Virus record (IMG/VR): IMGVR_UViG_3300028591_000084
DNA length: 64,000 nt
Source of the DNA: a virus
Lineage: Duplodnaviria; Caudoviricetes
Reading direction: 5' to 3' (one strand)
The position numbers and the translations under genes are program-made. Below are positions 38,788 through 49,096 of this stretch, in pieces. The notes under the pieces were generated by a model, which saw nothing but the letters and a program-made list of their open reading frames with translations, did not search any database and had not been told where the DNA came from. Position 1 is the first letter of the stretch. Each line of letters opens with the position of its first letter.

Positions 38788-40115
38788 ATGCTCGATCCCA
38801 TGTGAATACGAACTGAATCTGAATAGTTAATAAAAGGTATTTGTCTGACCTCTTCCGACAACCTATAGTCAGGATGTTTATCAACAAGCTCCACTTCATT
38901 AGCAGGAACCATGATTTTTTTCATCCTATACTTTACCATGACCTCGCCCTTTTCATTTGGCTTAATCACATTATTGTCATAATCTACAAATTCAGAAGCA
39001 CAAACCTTCTTGTTTAAGTAGTCAAGATAAGGAATTGTGATAGGCTCAAAATTAGGAGTCATCACGTCAAATAATACATCTTCATCTGTTACATGAGTAC
39101 TAACCGTCAAAGCATTTTGTTTGTTCATGTTTTGGTTATTAGGTGTTGCCCCTACACAGATGAGATCACTAAAGGTTGAGTTATAGGCTACACTCAGAGG
39201 AACAGTAATCTTATTAGTGATAGATTCAATATTGATGGCATTAATACCTGTCGAAATCTGAATATCTTGCTCACCTTCCGATTTAGTTGAAGATCCTTTC
39301 CAGAACTTGGCACATAACATCGTAAGTACCTTAATACCGCCCTTCTCTGGCTCCATCAGTTTGCCCTGATTAGTCCAGTAATTTCGAATCTTCTTCTTTG
39401 TTCCATAAAAATTCTTTCTATTACCTCCATTAAAGATAAAATCCATAAAACCTGCTGGAACAGACTCAATTTTCTTATCAATAATCAAATCCTTAATCCA
39501 ATCATCACCAAAGGCTATACAATCCTGAATAAGCTTTCTGGTGATATACTCAGGTTTATAGTCCAGATCTAATTTAATCTGGAGCTTTTTAACTTGTCTA
39601 TCGGTAAGTCTGAGTGCCTCTTTTTCAAGACCGGAGACTTCATCAATGGCGTCGTAAGGATATTCTTTAACCCTTTCAGAAAAACCCAATAGAGGATTAT
39701 TTCGTCTAATCTTCAGAATTTGTTTGTCTATGTCATATTGATGGTCATAGTCAAAATTTATATAACGCTTCTTCCCCGCTAGGTTAATACGACAATCATA
39801 ATCGTTTCCTAGTGTGTTAGTTGCAATTCTAAAAGCACCCTCGATAATAAAAACACCATCGATCTCTCGAGGAACCTCAAATTCTGAATATCTAACAACG
39901 TCATCATAGTTGATCGTATACTCAAGTACTACCTTGTGAGTAGCAGTTAGACCATTCTCCACATAATATGAAGCTGGTTCACTCGGCTCTTCCGCTAAGT
40001 GCCACTTGAGATCCGTTAGTTTATTAGAACTGTAATCATCAATTCCATAACTAAAGAACCGCTCAACCATTATTTGTGCTCCTTTGTTCTTGAAATACTG
40101 ATTAAAATTACTCAT
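38788..40115 (-). CDS. rpoB: RNA polymerase beta subunit, exon 1
   Basis: DGVFIIEG, ICVGATP, IPFINYSDSVRIHMGSS. Confidence 0.9.
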
Positions 40116-40116
40116 T

Positions 40117-40488
40117 TTATAATAGAATTTTTAAATTTATCTGCTTAAAATCGCAGTCCATTGAATTAAAATATTCCTCTAACTCTTTCTTAGCTGCTTC
40201 CTTAATCTTAGAGGCCTCCACATATTCTTCCATGGGTAGACCAACAGTAGACAAGAAATATGCCTCAAAAGTAATTAAATAATTAAATGAGTCCTTTCTT
40301 TGATACATACTGAGCTTTACAAAAAACTTATCATATCGGTCCTCGCTAACTAAAGAACTAAGTCTTTCATACAACGTCTCCCTGGCACTAAGTTTATCTG
40401 GCTCAGTACTTTCTAAAACATTATAAGGAACTTCATAAGTTAGAATTATTCTATAGTGATAATCACTTTCGTTGTTCTTATCTAACAT
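40117..40488 (-). CDS. hypothetical protein within the RNAP operon
   Basis: 123 aa ORF. Confidence 0.7.
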   Translation of the reverse strand: MLDKNNESDYHYRIILTYEVPYNVLESTEPDKLSARETLYERLSSLVSEDRYDKFFVKLSMYQRKDSFNYLITFEAYFLSTVGLPMEEYVEASKIKEAAKKELEEYFNSMDCDFKQINLKILL

Positions 40489-40493
40489 AACAC

Positions 40494-40712
40494 TTAAAAT
40501 TCCATTTCCATCATGTTTCCACTACTAACCATTGGTGTAGCGGCCTCTTTTTTCTTTTTTCCTGACTCTTTAATGGGTTTGGGCGTTACAGCCACCGGAG
40601 AAGGAGTGCTGACTGCTGATTTAACAATCTTGCCATCCTTCTTCAGTGTGACTATAATCTCTAGCTCATTCTCAAATTCAGGAACCTCAAATTCTATTTT
40701 AAGATTTCCCAT
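40494..40712 (-). CDS. hypothetical protein within the RNAP operon
   Basis: 72 aa ORF abutting the beta' stop. Confidence 0.65.
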   Translation of the reverse strand: MGNLKIEFEVPEFENELEIIVTLKKDGKIVKSAVSTPSPVAVTPKPIKESGKKKKEAATPMVSSGNMMEMEF

Positions 40713-41925
40713 TTACTTTTTTGTAGCATTATCCAGTTTATCGTGTAATAACAGACCAAGAACAACGTTAGTCATAATGTCATCCTTAATCTTCATATCA
40801 CCCCTAACAGCACGATCAATAATCTTACCTGCCCAACCAAATGATAAGGTTGTAAAGAAAGATTCACGATCCAAGATAGCCTTCTGAGTACCTAAATAAT
40901 CAATCTCTTCAACCTGATCTGTTCTAGGATTTCTGACAATACGAGTAAGACCAGCAAATACCATTTCAAGAATTTCTTCAGGCATATCGCCAGGACTAAC
41001 AATACCAGTTTTACTAAAATCAGAAGACATCAACATATAGTATTGATTTCTAAATATATTAAAGGCTGAAGAAATATCATCACCGAGATCTGAGGTTACT
41101 TGTCTCATATTGACAACTCCTGAACAGATTCTCTGAAGTGGTTTGATTTCAGTTCCTTCTGGATAGTAATATAGGGAGTTTGGAGAGTAGACATATTGAG
41201 TATCTCCGACAAATACTTCAATCTCACCCCTCTTATTCTCCTCATATCTGATCTTTCCACCAAAGTAAGCATAACAGTCGGCGTTAATGACTTGATCCTT
41301 CTCAAAATACTTAGTTCCATTGCTTCCCTTAGCATTCATAAGCTTAATAACAGCATTAAGGGCATAAACGGGACTAGTAGTGTGATAAGCCGAACCAATC
41401 AAATCGCCTTCTTTATAGCTCTCTTGAGGAATGCCAACCCAATTATCAGGGCGAGGATATTTCATCTCAGTTCTACCTGATTTAAGAATAAGCCACTTTC
41501 CATCCTCAATGAGAGTGCAATTCTTTGGTGCATATAGATTTCCACTAGTATCTGCTACACGTTCATGACCACCATGTTTAAGACCAAGAATTCCCTGTGT
41601 AGTACTTTCTGAAAATGAAGTACCAGCACTAAGACCTACAGCAGATCCTTCCGGGAACGATGCCTTAAGGAATCTATTGCTAAATAAGTCGGGAGTAATG
41701 ATATCAAGGTCGCCCTTAGTCTTTGTTATAATTGATCGGACGGGTACTAAGTCAAATTCGTTTCTCTTTGATACTTCAGGATAAACCTTTCCGTTAGGAG
41801 CTGTTCTACCTGATGCTACATATCTAGGAATCAAAATACCTTCATTATCGGGATCCTGACCTGTTTTGAATATATAGTTTTGTAACAAGAAACCCATTTG
41901 TCTGTTTGTATATCCGCCAAGTGGT
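40713..41925 (-). CDS. rpoC: RNA polymerase beta' subunit, exon 3 (spliced product ~1124 aa)
   Basis: PLGGYTNRQ (SGYLTRR equivalent), VGLSAGTSFSESTTQGILGLKHGG trigger loop. Confidence 0.88.
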
Positions 41926-42272
41926 TGATCCCCACCAGTTAAGTAAGTGGGGACTTTGATAACAGAAATTTCTTTCTGATCTAGACTATACCTTGAGCTT
42001 CTACGCTCTCATTACATATAGTCGTTGAGCTCGCTTTTATTTTCCTCTGTCTGTGTTTTGACTTTGTTTGCTTTTGCTGGATCTTCTGTATTTCCAAGAT
42101 CCCAACTACGACTGCACCAACAGAGGCAACGAGTTTTGTCACTGCATTGATAACTGAAATTACTGAATCTACTTTCATAAGCGAGTTGCTGATTAAATTA
42201 AATTAAATTTTATCCTTCCAGCAATAATTAATGATTTTATACTGGAGCACCATTTTACCACAATTATAATTT
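41926..42272 (-). mobile_element. group I intron 2 in RNAP beta'
   Basis: P1 CUGGAGU/GCUCCAG, UUGCUGGAA, AAUCAGCAA, CUCAACGACUA, GGUAUAGUC; 3' splice site ambiguous (see findings). Confidence 0.85.
41981..42178 (-). CDS. intron-encoded 65 aa hydrophobic/basic peptide
   Basis: ORF lies in the P6 loop position of intron 2. Confidence 0.4.
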   Translation of the reverse strand: MKVDSVISVINAVTKLVASVGAVVVGILEIQKIQQKQTKSKHRQRKIKASSTTICNESVEAQGIV

Positions 42273-43295
42273 ACTCCAGAATTTTTCAGAGACAACAAAG
42301 ATCTATTCTCAATTGCATGAGAAATATAATTAGTCTCAGAGAATCCCGATAAGAGAGTTTCACCTCTCGTAATAATTGGTTTCTCCTCTGGACCACTAAC
42401 GATCAATGAAGGTGATGCCATTGACATAATAGATGCTAGTTTTACACGACCAGCTCTATCAAGCTCGTTCTTCAAGTCATCACTAAACTCTGCTTCTATT
42501 TCTTTTTGGTATTTACCATAAGATTCAGTAAGAAGTAGAAGTTTTTGTTTATCTGTGAGATCCTTATTATCACAGATTTTTTCAATTTCTTTATAAGTCT
42601 TAGTGTTAATATCAGCGTATAAGGTTTTAGTGTCGAAAGTAACCACACCTCGACGCGTTACTACTTTTAAAGCAAATTTTTGTAACTCATTCGCCTTTTC
42701 AACCCAATCCTCAAATCCATAAAGATAGGTCATTAATTTAGCTGCTGACTTACCACTAAGTCTCTGATAAGGTTTCAATATCGGTTCTCCACCAACTTGA
42801 ATCAAATCCAAGTCAGCATCAATGATCTTTGAAATCCTAAGTCTACCATAAGTCGTTGTTTTAGACTTATACTCTACATTTCCAAGTTTACCAGTAAAAA
42901 CAATTGGGGTTCCATAGTTAATAACTCTGTTTACCTCAACATCCTTAACAAGTTTAGCCCAGTCATCATAAAAATATTTGGGATTCTTTAAGTCGTCTTC
43001 ACCGTTCTCAGGTACAAACTCTGATGCATTAGCTAAGCCATCCAATGTCTCATGATTAAATTCAAAGATATTCTTTAAATTCTTTTTGTAGATATTATTA
43101 TATCTAGGAGACATTTTCTTTAGAGTTTCATCTCTCTCACTCTCTGGCACTAAGATCAAACTGACCGTATCGCCATCAAAATCAGCATTAAGAGGACCAC
43201 AAAGCTCAATAGGATAGTGAATAACGTAGTCATCAAATAGCTTAATTTTGTTACAGTAGATGCTATACTCGTGAAGAGTAGGCTGTCGATTAACT
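42273..43295 (-). CDS. rpoC: RNA polymerase beta' subunit, exon 2 (catalytic)
   Basis: VNRQPTLH and NADFDGD (43169-43189), in frame upstream of the ORF-track start. Confidence 0.95.
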
Positions 43296-44045
43296 CAAAG
43301 ATTAAAAACAAATTGTCCTTAATCCCTAGACTATATCTTTTTCAATTTGCACATAGTCGTTGAACCAATACTAAGATAAATTTTGTATTTCAAATTTCAA
43401 ATTAGGATCCTCAGCTACACGATCTTTTAAATACTTGTAAATATCACGTTTCTTTGATTTTTCTAAGAATTCCGTGTACCTAGTACCTTCATCATTTAAT
43501 TTTGTGTATTTCTGAAATTTTATTAGAGTATCAAACTCTAAATCTGCTAAGATGTCTGTGGGACCGCTAATAATTGCAATCACACGACCACCTAAAATCT
43601 GTTTTGGGAGCTGCTTGTTTATCCTTCTTTCCCAATCCTTAGAAAACCCTATTTTAACACTCATAGGGAAATCTAAGAAATAGATATAGCCGGAATCACC
43701 CTGAAACTTATTGTGAAGCAAGGTTCTATCAGCAACTCTCATTGCGTACTCCGATCCGTACCCATGAGAAGATTTGTCTAGAACATTTCTTGCTCGTATC
43801 TGGGCCATTTTATCATGCTTAGCCTCTGATCTATTCCATTCACCTATTCTACTAGTCCCAGTATATCTACCTTGGCTATGTAAAAGTTTCATGTGTTCTG
43901 ATCTAGACCAGGGAATTTGAGGATCGGAGGGCTTAAGTATCGTCATAGGCAATTTCTCCTTTCCTTCAATCTTTCTTAGTGTTGGCTGCTGATTAGGTCT
44001 CATACCTTTCCAGCAATTCTCAAATTATTAGTACCAGTTATACCT
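43296..44045 (-). mobile_element. group I intron 1 in RNAP beta', carrying an endonuclease gene
   Basis: P1 AGUGCU/GGUACU, P10 UAACU/AGUUA, P/Q/R/S elements, terminal G; splicing restores AVLVNRQPTLH. Confidence 0.92.
43371..44003 (-). CDS. intron-encoded homing endonuclease, GIY-YIG/T5orf172-like
   Basis: GYIYFL...VKIGFSKDWERRI...LE...TEF. Confidence 0.75.
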   Translation of the reverse strand: MRPNQQPTLRKIEGKEKLPMTILKPSDPQIPWSRSEHMKLLHSQGRYTGTSRIGEWNRSEAKHDKMAQIRARNVLDKSSHGYGSEYAMRVADRTLLHNKFQGDSGYIYFLDFPMSVKIGFSKDWERRINKQLPKQILGGRVIAIISGPTDILADLEFDTLIKFQKYTKLNDEGTRYTEFLEKSKKRDIYKYLKDRVAEDPNLKFEIQNLS

Positions 44046-45184
44046 AGCACTGCCTGTTCCTCTGCATATTCCTTGAACATCTTCTGTATTTCAGGATTTT
44101 CAAACTCCTCCTGAGTAGACTTCTTAGCTTCCTCAACAGTAAAGTTAAGCTCTTTAACCAAATAGTTAATAAACCCTTCTCTACACATTTCATAAGCAAT
44201 GGAAATAGGAACACCAATTCTATCGACAGGTAATTCAGCGTCGGGAACAATAGGGAGTCTAGCCGAATTCTTCACACGAACTGAATATAAATCACGAGCC
44301 TCATTCTTTTTACTGGTATTTAACAGATCAGTGGCCTGCTTCTTACCAGCATTAAGTAACGCCCTGAGAAGAGCAGTATAACGAACCTTTTCACCTGGGG
44401 TGTCAAATTGCTCAATAACTTTACTGTATCTCTGAATAGACTCTTCATCCTTATCACTGCAAAATCTAGTAATAATACCATACCAAGTCGTGAGTGGATT
44501 AGAAGTAATTTTTTTCTTACCACCAATCATCATCGCTGATATAGGCCTCATTGCAGCAGGGAGAACTAAGTATTCTTTATTGACTAATCTCTTAAATTCA
44601 GGAACGTAACCAGGGAAATGCTTCTCAAGGATCGCTAAAAGACCCTCATAAGAACACTTCTTCTCGTCCGTTATAAACTCAGAGACCTTCAATTCATTCT
44701 TTGCCTTACTGTACGTAAATTGACAAGTATCAAAAGCTTTAATACCTAGTTTCTTAGCACTACGACCAGCATAACCATTTCTCCTAAGATCGTTACCGAA
44801 AAACTCTAACTTAATCTTAGTATCCTTGAATATCTGATCGAACAATTCTTTGAAGACATTAAATCTCAACTCATTCAAATAATAGAAAGCTAAATCAATT
44901 CTTGCAAATCTTCTTAAAGCCTCCTCTTTCGAATAAACTCTTGCACCACAATTAGGACAAGGAACACTACTTTCCTGTTTAATATGACCACAAATACACT
45001 GACCTACAAAAGGAGAGCCAAACATATCTAAGTCATATAAACCACCATTAACTGGAGTTAGTGTTGTTGAGAAACGAAGGTTGTAGTCTCCGTGATCAGT
45101 GATGACACGCTCTTTACCACCTTCAGATTTAGTATAATCCAAAATGTCCTCGTCAGTTAATAATTCAAGACTTACTTCTGCCAT
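44046..45184 (-). CDS. rpoC: RNA polymerase beta' subunit, exon 1
   Basis: GGLYDLDMFG, CICG...CPNCG zinc finger, VLPAAMRP, RVKNSAR. Confidence 0.9.
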
Positions 45185-45196
45185 GATATTATAAAA

Positions 45197-46318
45197 TTAA
45201 TTCACACGTAAATCTTTCCAGATGATCTTGTTGGCGAAACTAGAATCAATAGGATTCTCCTCCGACCATTCTTTGTAAACCTGCTTGACATCCTCAATCG
45301 CTAAGGCTCTCGTCTTAGTCTTCTCACCAAGATTCTCGTAGATCTTACCCGGCTCAATGACCACTTCAATAAATTCACTGATCAACTCCTGAGTAATACT
45401 TCTTGATGCATTGGTAAATTTAGGACGAAATTCCCTATAATCCTGAATATCTTCATAGGTTAACTCCAAATCTGCATAACCAGCTCTGTTTCTAATCTCA
45501 GCAGGCTCGTTCTTCTTATCAAACCACTCTAAACCCATCTTTCTAACACGATCAGCAACCTTCTGACGACCCTTAGACTCATAGCGTTGAGCTAGTTGTT
45601 CAACTATTTCATACTGTAAGTCTTGAATCTTACTAAATGCTGCATTGATCTGCTTGTCATACTCCTCAGGCATTGTGGGACAATTAAGAATTAAGTCATA
45701 AAGATTAGAAGAGAATAAGAAAATTATAAAAGCAGGCAATTGACGCTGCTTACGTCTCTTACTGGTAATACTATCCTTGCTGAGATCTCGATTAGCTAAG
45801 TATTCAACAAACTTAGCAATATGTTCACGTGCTGCTTTGGCAAACTCCTCATTAAAGCCGTTATCACCAGTACCACCAAACTCCTCAGGCAAATCACTAG
45901 CACTGAGAGGCTTGTCCGGAACATATACACTCGAAGGAATACGGTTGTGAGACTGAGTATTGAAAACCTCGTTAGTCATGAAAGTAACAGTAGCAGAAGA
46001 AGTATTGGCAGGAATAGCATTCAGCACATTAGTAACTGCATCAACTAGATTCCCGTCAAAAATACCACTATCAAAACTTACCCTGTTCTTATTCTTACGA
46101 CTAGAAGCAGATATATTGTCATAAAACGTAGACATATCTATCTCCCTCTTAGTCATTTTACCTTCATAATTACTATTATCTACTTCTATATCTTCACCTT
46201 CATCCTCGAAATCTATATCTTCATCTTCTTCTTCTTCCTTGGAATCATCCTCTGGTTCCTCGTAATAAGAAGCAGCAAGACCATCTTCTTCATCTAATAA
46301 ATAATCATCATCATACAT
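45197..46318 (-). CDS. hypothetical protein with very acidic N-terminus, first gene of the RNAP operon
   Basis: 373 aa; D/E-rich first 50 aa. Confidence 0.7.
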   Translation of the reverse strand: MYDDDYLLDEEDGLAASYYEEPEDDSKEEEEDEDIDFEDEGEDIEVDNSNYEGKMTKREIDMSTFYDNISASSRKNKNRVSFDSGIFDGNLVDAVTNVLNAIPANTSSATVTFMTNEVFNTQSHNRIPSSVYVPDKPLSASDLPEEFGGTGDNGFNEEFAKAAREHIAKFVEYLANRDLSKDSITSKRRKQRQLPAFIIFLFSSNLYDLILNCPTMPEEYDKQINAAFSKIQDLQYEIVEQLAQRYESKGRQKVADRVRKMGLEWFDKKNEPAEIRNRAGYADLELTYEDIQDYREFRPKFTNASRSITQELISEFIEVVIEPGKIYENLGEKTKTRALAIEDVKQVYKEWSEENPIDSSFANKIIWKDLRVN

Positions 46319-46447
46319 AATCCATAATTATTAAAATTTATTAAAATAATTAAACCTGAAATTTATTATTTTACTCATATATTAAGGAGCAGGTTGGATA
46401 TTATCGGTAAAATTAACATTTGGGGAAAGAAATTGAAAGAAAATTTT

Positions 46448-46767
46448 AGTGATAGGCAGTAGCAAACAGGGAGTCTCGCCTTCCCCTATTCGGCCATTCC
46501 TTCCTTCACTAAACGTTTCAGAAGGAAAACCCGAAACTCCCTGGATACGCCCCACGCTCGGCCCAAAAATTACAGGGGCCTCGCTCTTTATGGGGCTACG
46601 CTTTTGACAATATACCCCTGAATTTTAACTGTAATATTTTTTAGTAAAATATATGAGATAAGCGTTTTCTTAGTATATATACGAAAATGGAACAAAAATA
46701 TTACACTTTTTACTGGTAAATTCAGTCAAAAACCTAATATTTGAGGGGTTTGCTATTGCCTATCACT
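46448..46767. repeat. origin-like region: 20-bp inverted repeats enclosing GC-rich hairpins and a palindrome
   Basis: 46448-46467 vs 46748-46767 match 19/20; TGTAATATTTTT/AAAAATATTACA palindrome. Confidence 0.6.
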
Positions 46768-46829
46768 CAAAAAAGGTGTGCGACCGTTAGGGAGATAACC
46801 TTTATTTAATCTTTAATTTATAATTTATT

Positions 46830-48992
46830 ATGAATATTAAGTACTATCGTACTGAAAATTTATTTAATGATTCAGAGAAAGAGATGTTATTGGGGGCTTA
46901 TTATAAAAATTTTAATTGTTCTGAGATCCTAGTAACACCAGAAAATGGGGAGCCTATAAAAAAATTAGTAGTAAAAATTAGTGAGGGCCATAAGTATGTT
47001 GATGATAGTTGGTACGAATTGCCCAGAGGAAGAGTAGTTCTTGATAAAGGAATAACAGGTTGTGGGATGACTGAATTAGCCTTAACCTGTAAAAATAGAA
47101 ATGTAATAGTACTCAGCCCTCGTCTTTTACTTTTAGAAAATAAGGCCGAACAGCATAAACAAGATCCAAATATTCTTTACTTAGATGTGACTTATGAGAA
47201 GGATACGGTTAATCTGGCAACTGGTGAAGTAAAGAAATCTAAAAAGAATAAGATAACTTATGAGGAGTTTCTTTCTATAACCAGGGATCGTATATCTAAT
47301 CATATAATTTCCTGTGCTCAACATAAGATGTGCGTAAAGTTCTTAGTTACTTACGATTCTGCTCATTATATTATTGATTTTTTAAGAGAGTATAATGCTT
47401 TAGGTAACTATACTTTTGTTGTAGATGAGATGCAGTCGCTACTGACCGATGCCTTTTTTAAACCAGAAATTGAGAATGAATTAATTACTCAATTATCTCA
47501 ACCAGACATAAGTAATGTTATTTATCTATCAGCTACTCCAATGATGGATGAGTATCTCTATCAGTTAGACGAGTTCAAAGAAATACGATATTATATGGAA
47601 CTAGATTGGACAGAGTCAGGGTTTGTAAGTAAGGTTACTGTCAATAAGAGTCAAACTACAGATCTAATGAGAGAGATGAGATCGATCATTGAAAAATATC
47701 AGAAGGGTATTTATCCTACATATACGGATCCTAATACTGGACAAGTATATATATCGACTGAGGCTGTTTTTTACGTTAACTCGGTAAAACAGATAGTGAA
47801 TACAATAAAAAGAATGAAACTTCTTCCTGATCAAGTAAATATTCTTATTTCTAAAACTCCAGAAAATCAGAAAAAGTTGTATACAATCGGTTTAAGGGAT
47901 GAAAATGATAAAAAATATTCCTATAAGTTTGGTACAATTCCTGGTAAAGGGGAACCACATAAGATGTTTACTTTCTGCACTTCAACTGTATATGTCGGAG
48001 CGGATTTTTATTCAACTTGTGCATCTACTTTTATTTTCGCAGACAGTAATATTAGTTGCTTGGCTCTAGATATTAGTACTGATCTCCCTCAAATTGTAGG
48101 GCGCCAAAGACTTGTTAGTAATGTCTTTAAAAATCAAGTAACTTTGTTCTTTAAAGTTACAAGAGAGTCGGGGTTTGCAAGTAGGGAAGACTTTGATGCT
48201 CTTCAGGAAGAACGCATGAAAGAGACAAAAATAATGATCAGGGTCTGGGAAAACCTAGATGAAGAAGCACGTAGAGTTATTTTATCTAGATACTTAGTGG
48301 CTATTAAGTATTTACAGTATGAAAAAGACTTTCTAGGATATTCAAAGACGACTGGCAAGTGTGTTGTTAATAAATTAGTTCGATTAGCTGATGAGAGAGC
48401 TTTTGAGCTTCAACAACGACTATATTCTAGTACTTTGATGGTAGTTAAAACTATTGAGGATCTTGATATAGTAGAGCAGGTTCAGAACGTTGATGAGGAA
48501 TTGAAAAGTAGGTTAGACCAGTTCCTAGCTTGTTTTTATAGTTTTGGACTTTTTACAGATCGGCTAAAATATCTTTGTGAGTTTTTGGATCTTTTTGATG
48601 ATTTCCCAGAAAATAAGCAGAGATTAATAAGTATTTTGAGTTATAGATTACCTAAAGATGTTTACTTATCGGCTTATCTTGCTTTAGGTACTAAAGGCTG
48701 CTCGGCTAGAAAGTATAGAGAAAAAGATATTAGGAAATTACTTTATAGTAGTACTAAAGAAGTTACAGTTTCTTTGAAAACTAAAGTTCTTGAAACTTTT
48801 GAGATAGGTAAAAAATATACGAAAGAAGGAATTAAAAAGACACTGGGAGATATTTATGATAGTGTTGGTAATAAAAGAAGGCCTAAAGCATCTGATCTAT
48901 TAAACTATTTTGAATTAAAAGATTGTTTAATTAGCAATAAAGAAACTGGCAAAAGAGATAGTGGTTTTGAAATATTAGGATTAAAAGAGTAA
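46830..48992 (+). CDS. SF2 helicase-like protein, paralogue B
   Basis: TGCGMT, VVDEMQ, SATP, YVGADFY, LPQIVGRQR. Confidence 0.75.
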   Translation: MNIKYYRTENLFNDSEKEMLLGAYYKNFNCSEILVTPENGEPIKKLVVKISEGHKYVDDSWYELPRGRVVLDKGITGCGMTELALTCKNRNVIVLSPRLLLLENKAEQHKQDPNILYLDVTYEKDTVNLATGEVKKSKKNKITYEEFLSITRDRISNHIISCAQHKMCVKFLVTYDSAHYIIDFLREYNALGNYTFVVDEMQSLLTDAFFKPEIENELITQLSQPDISNVIYLSATPMMDEYLYQLDEFKEIRYYMELDWTESGFVSKVTVNKSQTTDLMREMRSIIEKYQKGIYPTYTDPNTGQVYISTEAVFYVNSVKQIVNTIKRMKLLPDQVNILISKTPENQKKLYTIGLRDENDKKYSYKFGTIPGKGEPHKMFTFCTSTVYVGADFYSTCASTFIFADSNISCLALDISTDLPQIVGRQRLVSNVFKNQVTLFFKVTRESGFASREDFDALQEERMKETKIMIRVWENLDEEARRVILSRYLVAIKYLQYEKDFLGYSKTTGKCVVNKLVRLADERAFELQQRLYSSTLMVVKTIEDLDIVEQVQNVDEELKSRLDQFLACFYSFGLFTDRLKYLCEFLDLFDDFPENKQRLISILSYRLPKDVYLSAYLALGTKGCSARKYREKDIRKLLYSSTKEVTVSLKTKVLETFEIGKKYTKEGIKKTLGDIYDSVGNKRRPKASDLLNYFELKDCLISNKETGKRDSGFEILGLKE

Positions 48993-49096
48993 TCCTTAGG
49001 AGAGTATAATGCTCTCCTTTTCTTTTTATTTCGAGAAAAAAAATAAAAAAAGAAGTTATTCATCACGAACCACTTCTTTCTTCCCTTAAAACTCTC

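Noticed and set aside
36761-45184. Five separate split RNAP subunits, or stop-codon recoding
   Set aside because: The breaks are fully explained by three group I introns with in-frame ligation.
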